This document shows positions 36,891 to 50,777 of a stretch of 64,000 bases of DNA, in pieces. Positions within the stretch are counted from its first letter, which is position 1. Each line of letters opens with the position of its first letter. Origin of the DNA: Cetorhinus maximus. Taxonomy: Eukaryota. Location of the stretch: the NCBI RefSeq assembly GCF_964194155.1, contig NC_135901.1, positions 930,001 through 994,000 on the forward strand. Reading direction: 5' to 3'. Both the position numbers and the translations under genes were made by a program. The notes under the pieces are model-generated. The model had not been told where the DNA came from and made no database searches. It worked only from the letters and a program-made list of their open reading frames with translations.

Positions 36891-38013
36891 TCCTGGAGAA
36901 CTGCGTTCAGTTCTGGGCAACAAACACCAGGAAGGATAGAATGGCCTTAGAGGGAGTGTAGCACAGATTTATCTGAGTGATCTGAGCACCAAGGGTTAAG
37001 TTACAGAATGAGATTACATAAAAGAGTCACAGAGTCATTATGACACAGAGGAGGCCATTAGGCCCATTGAGTCCATGCCAGCTATGTAGAGCAATCCAAT
37101 CAGTCCCTTTCCCCTGCTCTATCCCTGTATCCTTGCAAGTTTATTTCCCTCATGCTTCTGTCCAATTTCCTTTTGAAAACATTCATCATGTCCATTTCCA
37201 CCCCTTCGTAGGCAGTAAGCTCCAGGTCATTCCCACTCACTGTGTAAAAATATTCTTCCTCATATATCCCATACCTTTTAACCAAAACCTTAAATCTCTG
37301 TCCTTGAGTCCTTGTATGATCAGCTGATGAGAACAGCTTTTCTTTGTCCACCTTATCTAAACCTGCCACAACCTTGTACACCTCTATCAATCTCCCCTCA
37401 GCCTCCTTTGCAGGAACCATTCTGGTAAATCTCCTCTGCACCTTCTCAAGGACCTTCACATCCTTCCTGAAGTGAGGTGACCAGAACTGGATGCAATTCT
37501 CAAATTGTGGCCTAACCAGAGCTTTATAAAAATTCAGCATAACTTCCCTGTTTTTGCTCTCAAAACCACCACTTATGAAGCTCAAGATCCAATCTGCTGT
37601 GCTAACCACTCTCGTAATACATTCTGTCACCTTCAGAGATCAAAGCCATGAACACCCAGGTCCCTCTGTCCCTGCACACTCTTTAGAGCTGCGCCATGAA
37701 TTATATCTTCCCTCTCCCTATCCCTCCTGCTAAAATACATCACCTCACTGTGAGGGCTGTAATCCCTGGAATTTAGAAGATTAAGACCTGATTTGATCAA
37801 AGTTTTCGGGATATTAATTGGAACTGACAGGGTAGATAGGATGAGTGGGCGGAGTCTACACACAGAATCAGGTTCCAGCATCGTTTCAGGGAGAGAGTTC
37901 CAGATCCTGACAACTCTCTGTTGGTGCACTTCCCTGTTTTTGTACTCAGTGCCTCTATATCTGATGCCCAAGACCCAATATGCTTCACTGACTACCCCTC
38001 AATCTGCCCTGCC
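36891..38013. mobile_element. Patchwork of CR1 fragments in both orientations
   Basis: YKALVRPQFENCIQFWSPHFRKD on the minus strand, with short plus-strand pieces. Confidence 0.7.
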
Positions 38014-38954
38014 ATAAGAAATCGATCCCACAAATGGTTTAATCATCACCCGTACTCACAAAGCCTATATGATGATACAAGATGTAAAATAGTTCCTGAA
38101 CACCACACACCCATCCCCAAGGTTATGTCATCCCATCTACAAGGACCTTGATGTTTGGATGATAAGGGAATTATCCAGGGATTTCATAAGTCAGAATGCA
38201 GGGAGAGAGATGGGTGGACTATGACCACCCAGTAGCCAAGATCCCGGTGTTAAGGCAGTTTTGGGAAAACACCACGATCGTCCCTGTGATAGTGACACCA
38301 GTAAAAAGGGTGGAGGGAAGAGAGGGATCAGTGACTGGGCTGGAATAGGGGCCACGGCTGGCACGGCCGCTGGGAAGCACTTAGACATGGAGAATATGTG
38401 GGAACAGGACGAGGCTGTGAGGCAGCAATGGACAGGAATCTTCAGTAAAAGAAATAAAAGGCAGAGAGATGAAATCCTGGAACAACAAGAAGGAGTGAAA
38501 TCCAGAAAAGAGATGGTGGACGGACTGACCGAGAGAAAGGGAATGGTCAGTGAGATCATTCAGCAGAATAAGATTGAGGTGAAAGGTCAGAACATGTCTA
38601 AAGCTGTTCCCTGTGTGATGTAAGGAGGGTTTTTATTGGATCAGGTACAACAAGGCCAGGAGGACATTGAAAAACAATAGAGAGCCCAACAATAGAGAGC
38701 CCAAAGGGTCTGGAGGGGGAGGGTTAATAAACCCAGGGAGTCACAGGACCAGGAGGACTTAGGAAAACAATCGAGAGCCCAAAGGGTCGGGAAGGGGTGT
38801 GTTAATAAACTCAGGGAATCACAGGCTGCACAAACTTCAAATGTGAGCCCAGACCCATTGTAAAGCACTGAACAAATAAATCCTGGATTTTACTGAGCCT
38901 CTTTTCTGTGTCCCAGCTCCTGGAAATACTGACTGGAAAGGGACCGGAATATCA
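38014..38954 (+). repeat. LTR-like segment with internal tandem duplication
   Basis: Abrupt junction with CR1, a unit of about 80 bp repeated at 38650-38825, AATAAA at about 38875 and a ...TATCA end. No TSD found. Confidence 0.35.
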
Positions 38955-40251
38955 GGAGGCTTCACACCGCTGGCTGCTCGTGAGGAAGTGATCTCCGATC
39001 AGATTAATGTGCTTCTGCTGTGAGTATTTAATAAAGTGTCTGAACCTCTCATTGTGCTTCCTGTCCAATATCCCCCTCATCCATGGATCTTCCATTTTAC
39101 CAACTGGGAAAATAATTGCCTGTCCACTAATTGGTCTTGATGGCAGCTGGTTTACCCAGAGTGCTCCATGTGTCAGAAAATCCCCCACCAATGAGAACAG
39201 GCACTCAGAGTGCCAGCGTGGGGGCCGGGCTGTGCTAGGAGCATGCTCAGTGCGGCTGGTGGAGACAGACTAGGGTGGAACAGGCAGCTCAGGAGGCTGG
39301 AGGAGATTGTGGACGCAAGGGAGGAATTGGAGCCGGGGGTGGGTCATGATTAGATGATCGCAGATAATTCTGGAGGGTTGTAGGGCTGGAGATCCCCACA
39401 ATGTCGGTCAGCGAGCACAGGGGTGATGGTGAACAAGACTTGGTGCCAGTAAGAACATGAGCAGCTGAGTTTTGGGTGACCTCCAGTTTCTCTGGAGTTG
39501 CATCTGGGAGCCAAAATGTTGCACATTCGAATAGTCCAGTTTAGAGGGAACTAAGGAATGGATGAGTTTCAGCAGCAGATGAACTGAGGCAGGGGCACAG
39601 TTGGGCGATGTTACTGAGGTGGAAATGGGTGGTTTTAGTGATTTGTAGTCAGAAACTCAGCTTGGGCTGAAATATGACAACAAGATTGTGAACAGCCTAG
39701 TTCAGCCTTAGAGAACTGCAAGAGGAATGGAGCTGGTGTCTGAGGAGTGGATTTTGTAGTAGGAACTGAAGATAATGGCTTCCCTCTTCCCAATATTTCA
39801 ATGGAGGAAATTTCTGCTCATCCAGTACTGGATGTCCAACAAGTCAGGAGAGTGTGCGAGTTGGAGGGGAACTTGGAGGTGATGGTGTTCACATACACCC
39901 TCTACCCTGCTGCTTCTCGGTAGGGGAGGCTGAAGGTTTGGCAGATTCTGTCAAAGTTCTGGTTGACTTGAAGATGCATTAAATGCTCCTTCACCTTTCA
40001 TGAAACAGCTTTTCATGGTCACTCTTTCCTAGTGTCAGCCCCACAAATTACCAGATTGATTCAGCTCAATTTCACAACCTGCCTTTGTGTTTTTGTGGGT
40101 TTTCTCTCACTCCCTCTTTTATAATCTACATCAGTTTCACAGGGTTTAGAAGGGGAGGATTTGCAGTTGGGAAACTGGAAACCAAACATCATATCAGAAT
40201 CTGACGCAGTCACGCAATTTATCGTAACCTGGATATCATCGGATTTTGAAC

Positions 40252-40869
40252 ATGGAAGGAGAAAGCACCGTCCGCAGTGGAGAGAAACTGTACATGTGCT
40301 CTGTGTGTGGACGAGGTTTCAGCCAATCGTCTTGTCTGTCAGAACATAAATGCAGTCACAACAGGGAGAAGCCGTGGAAATGTGGGGACTGTGAGAAGGG
40401 ATTCAGATGCCCGTCTGACCTGGAAAAGCATCGGCGCATTCACACTGGGGAAAGACCATTCACCTGCTCCACGTGTGGGAAGGGATTCACTATTTTAACC
40501 CACCTGCTGGCACACCAGCGAGTTCACAGTGAAGAGAGACCTTTTGGGTGCCCAGACTGTGGGAAGTGCTATAAAAGTTTTGGGGAACTGATGTCCCATC
40601 AACGTGTTCACACTGACGAGAGACCGTTCAGATGCTCCCACTGTGGGACTGGGTTCAGGCGATCATCTCAACTCATTGTACACCAGCGAATTCACACTGG
40701 GGAGAGACCATTCACCTGCTCTGAGTGTGGGAAGGGATTTACTCAATCATCCAACCTGCTGACACACCAGCGAGTTCACACTGGGGAGAGGCCGTTCACC
40801 TGCCCCAAGTGTGGGAAGGGATTCACTACCTCATCCAGTCTCCTAAGACACCAGCGAGTTCATAAATAA
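40252..40869 (+). CDS. C2H2 zinc-finger protein, 7 fingers
   Basis: Acceptor tttcacag at about 40142, ATG at 40252 ([13 protein letters not shown]), 7 intact fingers and TAA at 40867-40869. Confidence 0.88.
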   Translation: MEGESTVRSGEKLYMCSVCGRGFSQSSCLSEHKCSHNREKPWKCGDCEKGFRCPSDLEKHRRIHTGERPFTCSTCGKGFTILTHLLAHQRVHSEERPFGCPDCGKCYKSFGELMSHQRVHTDERPFRCSHCGTGFRRSSQLIVHQRIHTGERPFTCSECGKGFTQSSNLLTHQRVHTGERPFTCPKCGKGFTTSSSLLRHQRVHK

Positions 40870-41044
40870 TTACCAGGACTGAAGGATGTTCATTGGGGTC
40901 TGTTTTTACTGATGTTAATATTCTCCAGCCCAGTTATAGGGGTTAATATTCTGGCTAAAAGTCAAATAAATCAGTTTTGTGTTAAACACAGTGTTTTGAA
41001 TCTTTTTAATATCTCTAACATAAGTTAGTTCCTTCTGAAGGGCT

Positions 41045-42400
41045 CTCCCTCTCCCCTGTCTCCTTCATCCTCACCTCCAACAACAAGTGTGAGGAGCTCA
41101 TGGATCTTTTCTATCACCAAGATTGAGACAATCCAATTAGCTGCCTCTGCTGCTTCTCTCCCTTCCACTAGTCTACTAGGCCAAACTGCCTCTAAAGTTC
41201 CCCCTTGTCCCAGCCGTGCACTCGCATCTTTCTCTACTTTCTCTCTAATCTCCTCTCATGTCCTCTGAGGTCTCATCCTGTCCATGAGACCCACCTGGTC
41301 TATCGATCCTGTTCCCACTAAATTGTTGATCAATCAACTTCCCCATATTAACTGAGTTTGTTAACAGTTCTCTCTCTTCAGGCACTGTCTCTCACTCCTT
41401 CAAAAAACAAACCCTTGACCCCATCATCCTTGCAAATTACTTCCCAATCTCCAACCTCCCTTTCCTCTCCAAAGTCCGAGAACATTTTTTCGCCTCCCAT
41501 ATCTGTGTCCATGATTCCTCCTCCAATCAGATTTCTGCCCTGCCACAGTACTGAAACAGCTCTTACCAAAGTTACAAATGACGAGGAACTCACCTCCTGA
41601 CTCCACAAAGCCTGTCCACCATCTACAAGTACAAGTCAGGAGTGTGTTGGAATACTCCCCACTTGCCTGGATGAGTGCAGCTCCCACAACACTCAAGAAG
41701 CTGGACACCATCCAGGACAAAGCGGCCCACTTGATTGGCACCACATCCACAGACATTCACTCCCTCCCCCACTGATGTACAATAGCAGCTGCGTGTACCA
41801 TCGACAAGATGCACTGCAGGAATTCACCAGGGCTCCTTAGACAGCACCTTCCAACCCACGACCACTACCACCTAGAAGGACAAGGGCAGCAGACACATGG
41901 GAACACCACCACCTGGAACTTCTCCAAGTCACTCACCGTCCTGACTTGGAAATATATCACCGTTCCTTCACTGTTGCTGGGTCAAAATCTTGGAATTCCC
42001 TCACTAACAGCACTGTGGGTGTACCTACACCACATGGACTGCAGTGGTTCAAGAAGGCAGCTCACCACCACCTTCTCCAGGGCAACTAGGGATGGGCAAT
42101 AAATACTGGCCCAGCCAGTGAAGCCCACATCCCGTGAATGAATAAAAAAAACATCCGATGTGACTGTGACAAGGATAAACTCTCCCTCTCGACCTGTCTG
42201 CAGCCTTTGACAAGGTTGACCACATCATTCCGTTCCATCACCTCTCCACTGTCATCCAGCTGGGTGGGGCTGCTCTCTCCTGGTTCTGTTCTTCTCTATG
42301 TAATCAGAGTCAGAGAATCACTGGTAATGTCTTCCCTTCCCACTCCCACAGATGCTTCTGGTTTCCCCAAAAGATCCTCTTATTTCTCATTAACATACTC
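41045..42400 (+). mobile_element. L2 fragment with a nested family-B LINE 3' end (about 41583-42150)
   Basis: L2 motif HSTETALTKVTND breaks into QVRSVLEYSPLAWMSAAP; L2 resumes after an A tail. Confidence 0.75.
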
Positions 42401-42419
42401 CACACAACGACATTAACTG

Positions 42420-42830
42420 AAAACATTTTGTGTGTCTCGACGATTTTCCAGTCACAGTGATGATTTAAATCTTTCCCATAAACAGAACAAACATTTATCC
42501 CTCCATAACCAGAAGCCAATTACGCATGAATTCTCTGGAGAAGAATCATACGGACTCAAAACATTACCTCCGTTTCTCTCTCCACAGATACTGCCAGGCC
42601 TGCTGAGCTTTTCCAGCATTTTCTGTTTTTATTTCAGATTTCCAGTATTCACAGTATTTTGCTTTAATCATACATGAATTCAGTGATTCCTCAAGATCTT
42701 GTCGAGATTTTTGGTTTGCGTTTCCCATCTGCAAATACTCATCAAAAGCCATCACTGTCCAAACAGGATAGAAATCCACAGCAGATAATTCTCGTTTCTA
42801 TGAAAGATTTTTCCCTCTCATTCCCACTAA
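42420..42830 (-). pseudogene. Orphan ZNF leader with one degenerate finger
   Basis: Family leader module and a VCSVYGK.....*LENRRDT remnant, split by a Penelope tail at about 42530-42668. Confidence 0.5.
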
Positions 42831-44759
42831 ATCTATAAATCTCTGTCCCACACACTCCTCTCCCTCTCAGCTCATTGTTCCAGATTCAGTGTCCATTCTC
42901 CTACTTATTCTTTTCTCCTCTCCATATTCTCTCTCCTCCTGTCCTTAAACTGGTGACTCAGGCTGTGAATCAATCCCACTCCTTCACTCTAATTTTACCA
43001 GATAGTGCAGCTCACAACAACAAACCATCTTTAATGACTTTATTAGTAATTTTCAATATTTGGAAACATTCACCTTTTCCCAATTGTGCAGAACAGGAAG
43101 TCCAGTAGTCAGTTCAGAGCTTCCTTCTCCCGAGATCTGTTCCAACAAGCTGTGTCTGTCTGAGTTACATTGATACAGACTCACTCACTCAGAAAATGAT
43201 CAGGTCTGACTGAACTATAACAAATGCAACAACTTATATTCATATCGAGGTTTTAACATGATAAAATGTCCTATAGAGTTTCACAGGAGCATAAGGACAT
43301 ATTAGGCCAGATGACCAAAGCTTGGTCAAAGAGGTCGGTTATAAGGAGTGTCTTAAAGGAGGAAAGTGAAGTAGAAAGGTGGAGGAAATTCCAGAGCTTA
43401 GGGTCTAGGCAGCTGAAGGCATGGCCACTAATGGTGGAGACATTAAAACTGGGGATGAAGGACATCTGGTAATGGTGCTCCATGTGTGTGGGCCCGATAG
43501 CCCAGGCTCAAGGCCCAAATCTGAACTTTGGGACATAGTTTGACCGTCCCTCATCTCAGAGAAAATCAATTCCCCATATGGACATCTTGTAAGATCTTTG
43601 TTTATTGATACCATAAAAAGTTCGGACCAGTTGAGTCCTCCTGGGTACTCAATGGGGATTGACTTTAACAGACTTCAAACTCTCTGGATTTCAGTGTTAC
43701 AAGAATATGTTTCAGTAGAAATAAAAAATATATAAATCCTGGAAAACTGAAAGAACAAAATGGGGAAATACACAGCGGCTCAATCATTTCAAAGTGATAA
43801 ATGAATGGTCACTGTTTCAGGTGGGACTCCTTCAGAATGAACACTTACCACCAGCAGCACCAACACCCCCTCCTCCGCCTCCCTGTTCACTGAACATTCC
43901 TTCACCCACTCATCCACCCATTGCACATCCACCCAATGGCTCCCAGCCCGGACCGACATTCAGCATGGTATGATTTTGGAAGTTTTCCTCCTTTTCTGTC
44001 AGGAACAGACTTGGCAGCAGTGCTTAGTTGGGAATCAACCTCATTGAGAAAAAAGTCAGGACAAGTTTATTGAATTTCAAGCAAACTCCAGTGACAAACC
44101 CAGGCAGTGCTTTACAGTTTAATGCAGGTTATACCACCCATGTCGAGAACCAGACAGTTAAGCGCACCAAGGACTTCTCACAGTGTTGATCTTTGAGCTT
44201 TTCCTATCTCTCTCGGGTTTTAATCTTCTTATTCTGGTTCCTCTCCCCCACACAGCCTTGTCTCGGAGGATCTCATTTATCCCACCTGATCAACCCCTCC
44301 CTGCTTCTGGTCATATCCATGTGAGCAAAATTAGCTTCACTGAGTTATGTTAGTTTACCATATTCACAGTTCATGTGCGCAATGCGAGCTTCACTGAGTC
44401 ACATTAGTTTATCGTATTCAAAGTTCACATAAACAATACTAACCACTTAAATCACGTAAAAATGTTCTGCTTATTCCTCATTGTTCTGTTTTCCACTTAT
44501 CTCAAAGCTGCTAAATCCTGTTGTCATTTATTTCACTGATGTCATGTATTAACTTACATAAACAGCTTCGAGGCATTTTTTAACTTTACTTGCACTGAGC
44601 TTTTTAAAATTTGACATAACTTCCCAGGATCCCTCGAACTTGGCATCTTTTCTATACCATGTCCTATTTCCTACCTTTGCCCACTGCACTATTCTACAAA
44701 GGAGTATTTCAGGTGAAGTTAGATGTTAGATTCTAATTATCAAAAGTTAAATGTTAACA

Positions 44760-46220
44760 TTTTTTAATTCATTCATGGGAGGTGGGCCTTGCTAGATAGG
44801 CTGATATTTATTGCCCATTCCTAATTACAATAGAGGAGGTGGTGCTGAGTTGCCTTCTTTAACTGCTGCAGTCCCTGTGGTGTGGTACACACACAGTGCT
44901 GTTAGGGAGGGAGTTCCAGGACCTTCACCTAGTGACAGTGAAGGAACAGCGATATATTTCCAAGTCAGGATGATGAGTGGCTTCGAGGGGAACTTCCAGG
45001 TAGTGGTGTTCCCATGTGCACAGCCCTTGTCCTTCTCGATGGTAGTGGTCATGGGCTTGGAAAGTGCTGTCCAGGGAAGATTGGTGAGTTCCTGCAGTGC
45101 ATCGTGTAGATGGTACACACTGCTGCCACTGAGCGTTGGTGGTGGAGGGAGTGAATGTTTGTGGATGGTGTGCCAATCAATGGGGTGTCAATCTGGATGG
45201 TATTGAACTTCTTGAGTGTTGCAGGAGCTGCACTCATCCAGGCAAGTGGAGAGTATCCCATCACACTCCTGACTTGTGCCTTGTAAATGGTGCACAGGTT
45301 TTGGGGAGTCAGGAGGCGAGTTGCTTACCACAGGATTCCTAGCCTCTGACCTGCTCTTGTAGCCACAGTATTTACTGGCTAGTCCAGCTCAGTTCCTGGT
45401 CAATCGTAACTCCCCGAATGTTGATAGTGGGGGAATTCAGTGACTGTGATGCCATTGAATGTCAAGGGGGCGATAGTTAGATTTTCTCATGTTGGAGGTG
45501 GTCATTGCCTGGCACTTGTGTGGCACAAATGTTACTTGCCACCCCAAGCCTGGATGTTGTCCAGGTCTTACTGCATTTGGACAGGGACTGCTTCAATATC
45601 TGAGGAGTCGTGAATGTTGCTAACCACTGTGCAATCAACTGCGAACATTCCCACTTCTGACCTTATGATGGAAGGAAGACCACAGATGAAGCAGCTAAAG
45701 ATGGTTGGGCCTAGGACACTACCCTGAGGAACTCCTGTAGTGATGTCCTGGAACTCAATGATTGACCTCCAACAACCACAACCATCTTCCTTTATGCTAG
45801 GTATGACTCCAACCAGTGGAGGGCTTTCCCCCGATTTTCATTAACTCCAGTTTTGCTAGGGCTCCTTGATACCACACTCGGTCAAATGCTGCCTTGATAT
45901 CGAGGGCAGTCACTCTCACTTCACCTCTAGATTTCAGCTCTTTTGTCCATGTTTGAACCAAGGCTGTAGTGAGGTCAGGAGCTGAGTGGCCCTGGTGGAA
46001 CCTAAACTGGACGTCAATGAGCAGGTTATTGCTAAGCAAGTGCCGCTTGATAGCACTGTCAATGACCCCTTCCATCACTTTACTGATGATTGAGAGTCGA
46101 CTGATGGGCCAGTAATTGGCTGGGTTGGATTTGTCCTGCTTTTTGTGTACAGAACATACCTGGGCAATTTTCCACAGAGCTGGGTAGATGCCAGTGTTGA
46201 AGCTGTACTGGAGCAGCTTG
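44760..46220 (-). mobile_element. CR1-group LINE (family B) RT fragment
   Basis: FHQGHSAPDL, ALDIKAAFDRVWYQG and YSPLAWMSAAP. Confidence 0.8.
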
Positions 46221-46329
46221 GAATTATCTTGTTAATAACCTAATAATCTTACAGCATGAATCCAGTGAGAGGGTGAGCTAGTCCTCAGGATGTAAAAACA
46301 GACAAGAGCTGGAAGTGGTTCCCATCAAT

Positions 46330-47030
46330 ACATTTTCTGTGTTGTTATTTAAATGGAAATTAATATTTTGTCAAACCCCCATGTGCACACCCTTGGTGAA
46401 TTACAACTTCTCGCCCAGATCCTTCCTATTGCTTCTACCCGGTGCATCTGTGTGGTTTCAGCAGAGGGAGAGACAGGCTCCTCTCATCCCTGCTCTCACT
46501 GCTGAGAGGCTTGTGGTCTCCATCCTCCGGATTTCTGAGCCCCCAGGATCCCGGCAAAGACTGATCCACCTGTATCTGTACAGGGGCAGATTCAGCTGGT
46601 GGGAGACGGGGCAGGAGATGGGTCTGCATGTCGAGAGCTGGGGCCATCTCAGGTGCTGCTTGAGATTGGGGGGTGCTTAATGGGTGAGAGGCTGGAAGAC
46701 TTTGATTGGAGTTCCCACTTCCATGTCTCCTTTCTCCATCGTCCCTCTCCTGGACCAGAGTCATATCATTCCTTCCAATCTGCTGCAGACTAGCTTGGCG
46801 GAAATCAGTGATGTGTTGTCAGGTCACGGATACAGTGTCTGTCATCCTGTTTAAGGCAGCAGATATCTCCTGCACGGCCATGGTCATGACCTACATGGAC
46901 CCATTTCAGAGCCGTGCTTGAAGCTCCATGGAGGCAGCCACTCTCTCCATGACGGACAGTCTCTGGAACCTTCTCCAGCTCAACGACCCTCTGAGCTCCC
47001 TGTGCTCCTCCAATTCTGCCCCCTTCATCA
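46330..47030 (-). other. Decayed coding-like segment, possibly the C-terminal part of a Harbinger Myb/SANT-type ORF
   Basis: MERVAASMELQARL helical stretch followed by a Pro/Ser-rich tail. The assignment rests on general resemblance only. Confidence 0.3.
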
Positions 47031-47572
47031 CACCCCCACCTACATCACTCCACCATTGGAGGCTGTGCTTTCAGATCCTGCGGTCCCGCGCTCTGGAATT
47101 CCCTCCCTAAACTGCCTCTTCTCCTTTAAGAGGCTTCTTAAAATCCACCTCTTTGACAAAGCTTTTGATCATCTGTGAAGTACTTTGGGATGTTTTACTA
47201 TGTTAAAGGTTCTAGATAAATGCTAGCTGTTGTTGCCATTGCCTTATATTGGTAGCCTCAGGAAAGTCACACAAACATTTTAAATCCTTGTACCATAACT
47301 ACCACAGTCATTTCTTAGTCTGGAAACTTAAACCTGCTGTTTCATTTTCAGCCAGGAGCAGGTCACAGTTTTACACCAGTCTCTGATTTGACAGCACGTT
47401 TCCAGCATTCACTGTTGTTCTTCCTGACTCTAAACCCAGTTGTAAAGGAACCTTCTGTTCCATGTCCAGGAGCTCTGAACCATGGGAGAGAGCGGCTGGG
47501 ACACATTTCTTACACACCTCAGTCTTGGATGTGATTAACAGCAATGAAAACAGCTGAATCCAACTCCTACAG

Positions 47573-48079
47573 TCATTCATGAACTTGCTGGTGTTTCAGC
47601 AGGTTAGATGGTTGAGTGAATCCCTTCCCACAGCCAGAGCAGGTGAACAGCATCTCCTCAGTGTGAACTTGCTGGTGTGTCAGCAGATTACCGAACCTAC
47701 TGAATTCCTTCCTGCACACAGAGCAGGTGAATGGCCTCTCCCCAGTGTGAATTCGCTGGTGTGTCAGCAGGTTAACTGACTGAGTGAATCCCTTCCCACA
47801 CACACAGCAGGTAAAAGGCCTCTCCCCAGTGTGAGTGCGTTCATGTGTCTGCAGGTGTTGTGACCGAGTGAATCCCTTCCCACAATCTGAGCAGGTAAAT
47901 AGTGTCTCCCTTGTGTGAGTGCGTCGATGTCTCTGCAAGTGCCATGAGTCAGTGAATCCTTTGCCACACTCGGAGCAGGTCAATGGCCTCTCCCAGGTGT
48001 GACTGCATTGATGAATTTCCAGCTCAGACGGGGTTCTGAATCCCTTCCCGCAGTCCCCGCATTTCCAGGGTTTCTCCAC
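47573..48079 (-). CDS. C2H2 zinc-finger array, 6 fingers, GTG at the expected start (possible pseudogene)
   Basis: [17 protein letters not shown] start and 6 fingers. Upstream degenerate fingers are frameshifted, and there is no in-frame ATG until just before finger 6. Confidence 0.6.
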   Translation of the reverse strand: MEKPWKCGDCGKGFRTPSELEIHQCSHTWERPLTCSECGKGFTDSWHLQRHRRTHTRETLFTCSDCGKGFTRSQHLQTHERTHTGERPFTCCVCGKGFTQSVNLLTHQRIHTGERPFTCSVCRKEFSRFGNLLTHQQVHTEEMLFTCSGCGKGFTQPSNLLKHQQVHE

Positions 48080-48519
48080 GGTGTAAGTGTCTTTGTGTCG
48101 CTCCAGCTTGGACGATCTGTTGAAACCTGATCCACACAGAACACATGCATGGTATCTCTCTTCTGTGAACGATGTGATTTTCTTTTCAGGCTGTGTAACT
48201 GGCTCAAACTCTTTACACAGTCAGTGCGCTGGAACACCCTCACTCAGCTGTGTGTGTGTTTCGGTGATTTTCCAACTACACTGATGCTTGAAGCTGTTTC
48301 CCACAGATAGAACAGACAGACATTTCTCCTTCCACATTCAAAGACTGATTATATTCAGGTCTTGATGAATTGAATGACTCTGTCAGATCAGGCCATGATG
48401 TTCGATCTCAGCTTCCCATCTGTAAATCCTCTCCTTCTAACATCCTGTAAAGGGAGTTTAAAAACGTCATCATGATAAGTATAAGATACAAATTCAGAAC
48501 AGATAGTTCTAGTTTCTAT

Positions 48520-49340
48520 GGAATACTTTTTACCCATAGATATTTACAGCACAGGAGGCCACCATTTGGCCCATCGTGTCCTCGCTGGTCAACAAAGATC
48601 TGACTACACGAATCACATTTTCCAGTGCTTGGTCCGTAGCCCTGGAGCCTCTGGCAATGCAAGTGAATATCTAAATACTTAAATGTTATGAGAGTTTCTG
48701 ACTCAACCTCCCTTTCAGGCAGTGAGTTCCAGACTCCCAACACCATCTGGGTGAAAAAATTTCTCCTTCATTCCCCTCTTAGCCTTCTACCTCTTACCTT
48801 ACATCTATGCCCCCTGGTTATTGAATTCCATTTGCCACTGCTCTGCCCACTTGACGCGTCTAATGATGTCCTCCTGCAGTTTACAGCTATCCTTCTCACT
48901 ATTTACCACCCTACCAATTTTCACATCATCTGCAAACTTCTTGATCATACTCCCTACATTTAAGCCCAAATCATTTATGTATACCACAAACAGCAAGGGC
49001 CCCAGCACTGAGTCCTGCAGAAACCTACTGGAAACAGACTTCCAGTCACAGAAACATCCCTCTATCATCACTCTCTGCTTCCTGCCTCTCAGCCAATTTT
49101 GGATCCAACGTGCCAATTTGCATTGGATCCCATGGGCTCTTATTTTCTTGATCAGTCTGCCATGAGGGACTTTATCAAAAGCCTTGTTAAAGTCCATGTA
49201 GACCACATCAAATGCATTAACCTCATCAACATTCCTGGTTACCTCCTCAAAAAATTCGATCAAATTTGTCAAACACGACCTTCCCTTAACAAATCCGAAT
49301 ATCCCTGATTAATCCGTGTCGCTCCAAGTGCAGATATATT
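48520..49340 (-). mobile_element. CR1 LINE fragment
   Basis: TNLIEFFEEVT, YMDFNKAFDKVPHGRL and KFADD. Confidence 0.85.
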
Positions 49341-50033
49341 CTGTCCCCGCACTTATTGCCCATCCCTAGTTGCCCTTGAGGTGGTGATAACTGAGTGGCT
49401 TGCGAGGCCACTTAAAAGCCAACCACATTGCTGCGAGTCTGGAGGAGAGACCAAGTAAGGATAACAGATTTCCTTCCCTAAAGGGCATTACTGAACCAGA
49501 TGGGTTTTTACAACAATCGACAATGGTTTCACGGTCATCATTCAACTTTTAATTCCAGATTTTTATTGAATTCAAATTTCACCCTCTGCCGTGGTGGGAT
49601 TTGAACCCAGGTCCCTGCATTACTCGTCCAGCGACAACACCACTACGCCATTGCCTTCCCTAAATGGACAAGATGAGCTCTGATAGGGAGATAGGAGAGA
49701 AACTGGAGAAATATGAGAGTACAGAACTTGGAAAAAAAGGGTCTTTAGAGGCAGTTTGGCCCAATGGACAAGTGGAAGGGAGGGAAGCAGCAGAGGCAGC
49801 TGATCGGATTCTCTCAATCTTAGTGACAAAGAAGCTCCATGAGCGCCTCACACTTGTTGGAGGGGAGAGGGAGAGCACTTCAAAATGAATGAACTTGTGT
49901 TACAGACATTAAAAAGACTCGACACAATGTATGTTTAACACAAAGCTGATTTGATTTATATCCAGAATATTCTCCCTTATAACTGGGCTGCAGTTTATGA
50001 ACATCAGCAACAACTGACCCCAATGAACATGGT

Positions 50034-50777
50034 TCAGTCCTGAATGTGATTCACAGCAGAATTCAATAATTGCCATTTCTTGTGAACTTGCCGGTGTCTA
50101 AGCAGGGTGGATGACTGAGTGAATCCCACCCCACATTCGGAGCAGGTGAACAGTTTCTCTCCGCTGTGAGTGCGCTGGTGTGCAGTGAGATGAGATGATC
50201 GCCTGAACCCAGTCCCACAGTGAGAGCACCTGAATGGTCTCTCGTCAGTGTGAACACGTTGATGGTACATCAGTTCCTGGGGAGTTTTATAGCACTTCTC
50301 GCAGTCTGGACATGTGAAAGGTCTCTCGTCAGTGTGAACTCGCTGGTGTGTCAGCAGGTTGGCTGAAAAAATGAACCCCTTCCCACACTCAGAACAGATG
50401 AACGGTCTCTCCCGAGTGTGAACCCGCTGATGTGTCAGTAGGTTGGATGACTGCGTGAATTCCTTCCCACAATCGGAGCAGGTGAAGGGCCTCTCACCAG
50501 TGTGAGTGCGCTGGTGTGTCAGCAGGGTGGATGACTTACTAAATCCCTTCCCACAGTGGGAGCAGGTGAATGGCTTCTCCCCGGTGTGAGTGCGTCGATG
50601 AATTTCCAGCTCTGATGGGTAATCAAATCCCTTCCCACAGTCACCGCATTTCCACGGTTTCTCCCTGTTGTGATGGCATTTATGTTTTGACAGGCCAGAT
50701 GATTGGTTGAAGCCTCGTCCACACACAGAACACGTGTACAGTTTCTCCCCACTGTGAACCGTGCTTTTTCCTTCCAT
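50034..50777 (-). CDS. C2H2 zinc-finger protein, 8 fingers plus AVNHIQD tail
   Basis: ATG at 50777 ([13 protein letters not shown]), 8 intact fingers and acceptor tttcacag at about 50888. Confidence 0.88.
   Translation of the reverse strand: MEGKSTVHSGEKLYTCSVCGRGFNQSSGLSKHKCHHNREKPWKCGDCGKGFDYPSELEIHRRTHTGEKPFTCSHCGKGFSKSSTLLTHQRTHTGERPFTCSDCGKEFTQSSNLLTHQRVHTRERPFICSECGKGFIFSANLLTHQRVHTDERPFTCPDCEKCYKTPQELMYHQRVHTDERPFRCSHCGTGFRRSSHLTAHQRTHSGEKLFTCSECGVGFTQSSTLLRHRQVHKKWQLLNSAVNHIQD

Noticed and set aside
38191-38623. ORFs of about 120 codons on both strands
   Set aside because: No recognisable domain; they lie within an LTR-like repeat.
43990-44700. Possible solo LTR with a tandem duplication of about 55 bp at 44330-44445
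   Set aside because: I could not define matching termini or a TSD.
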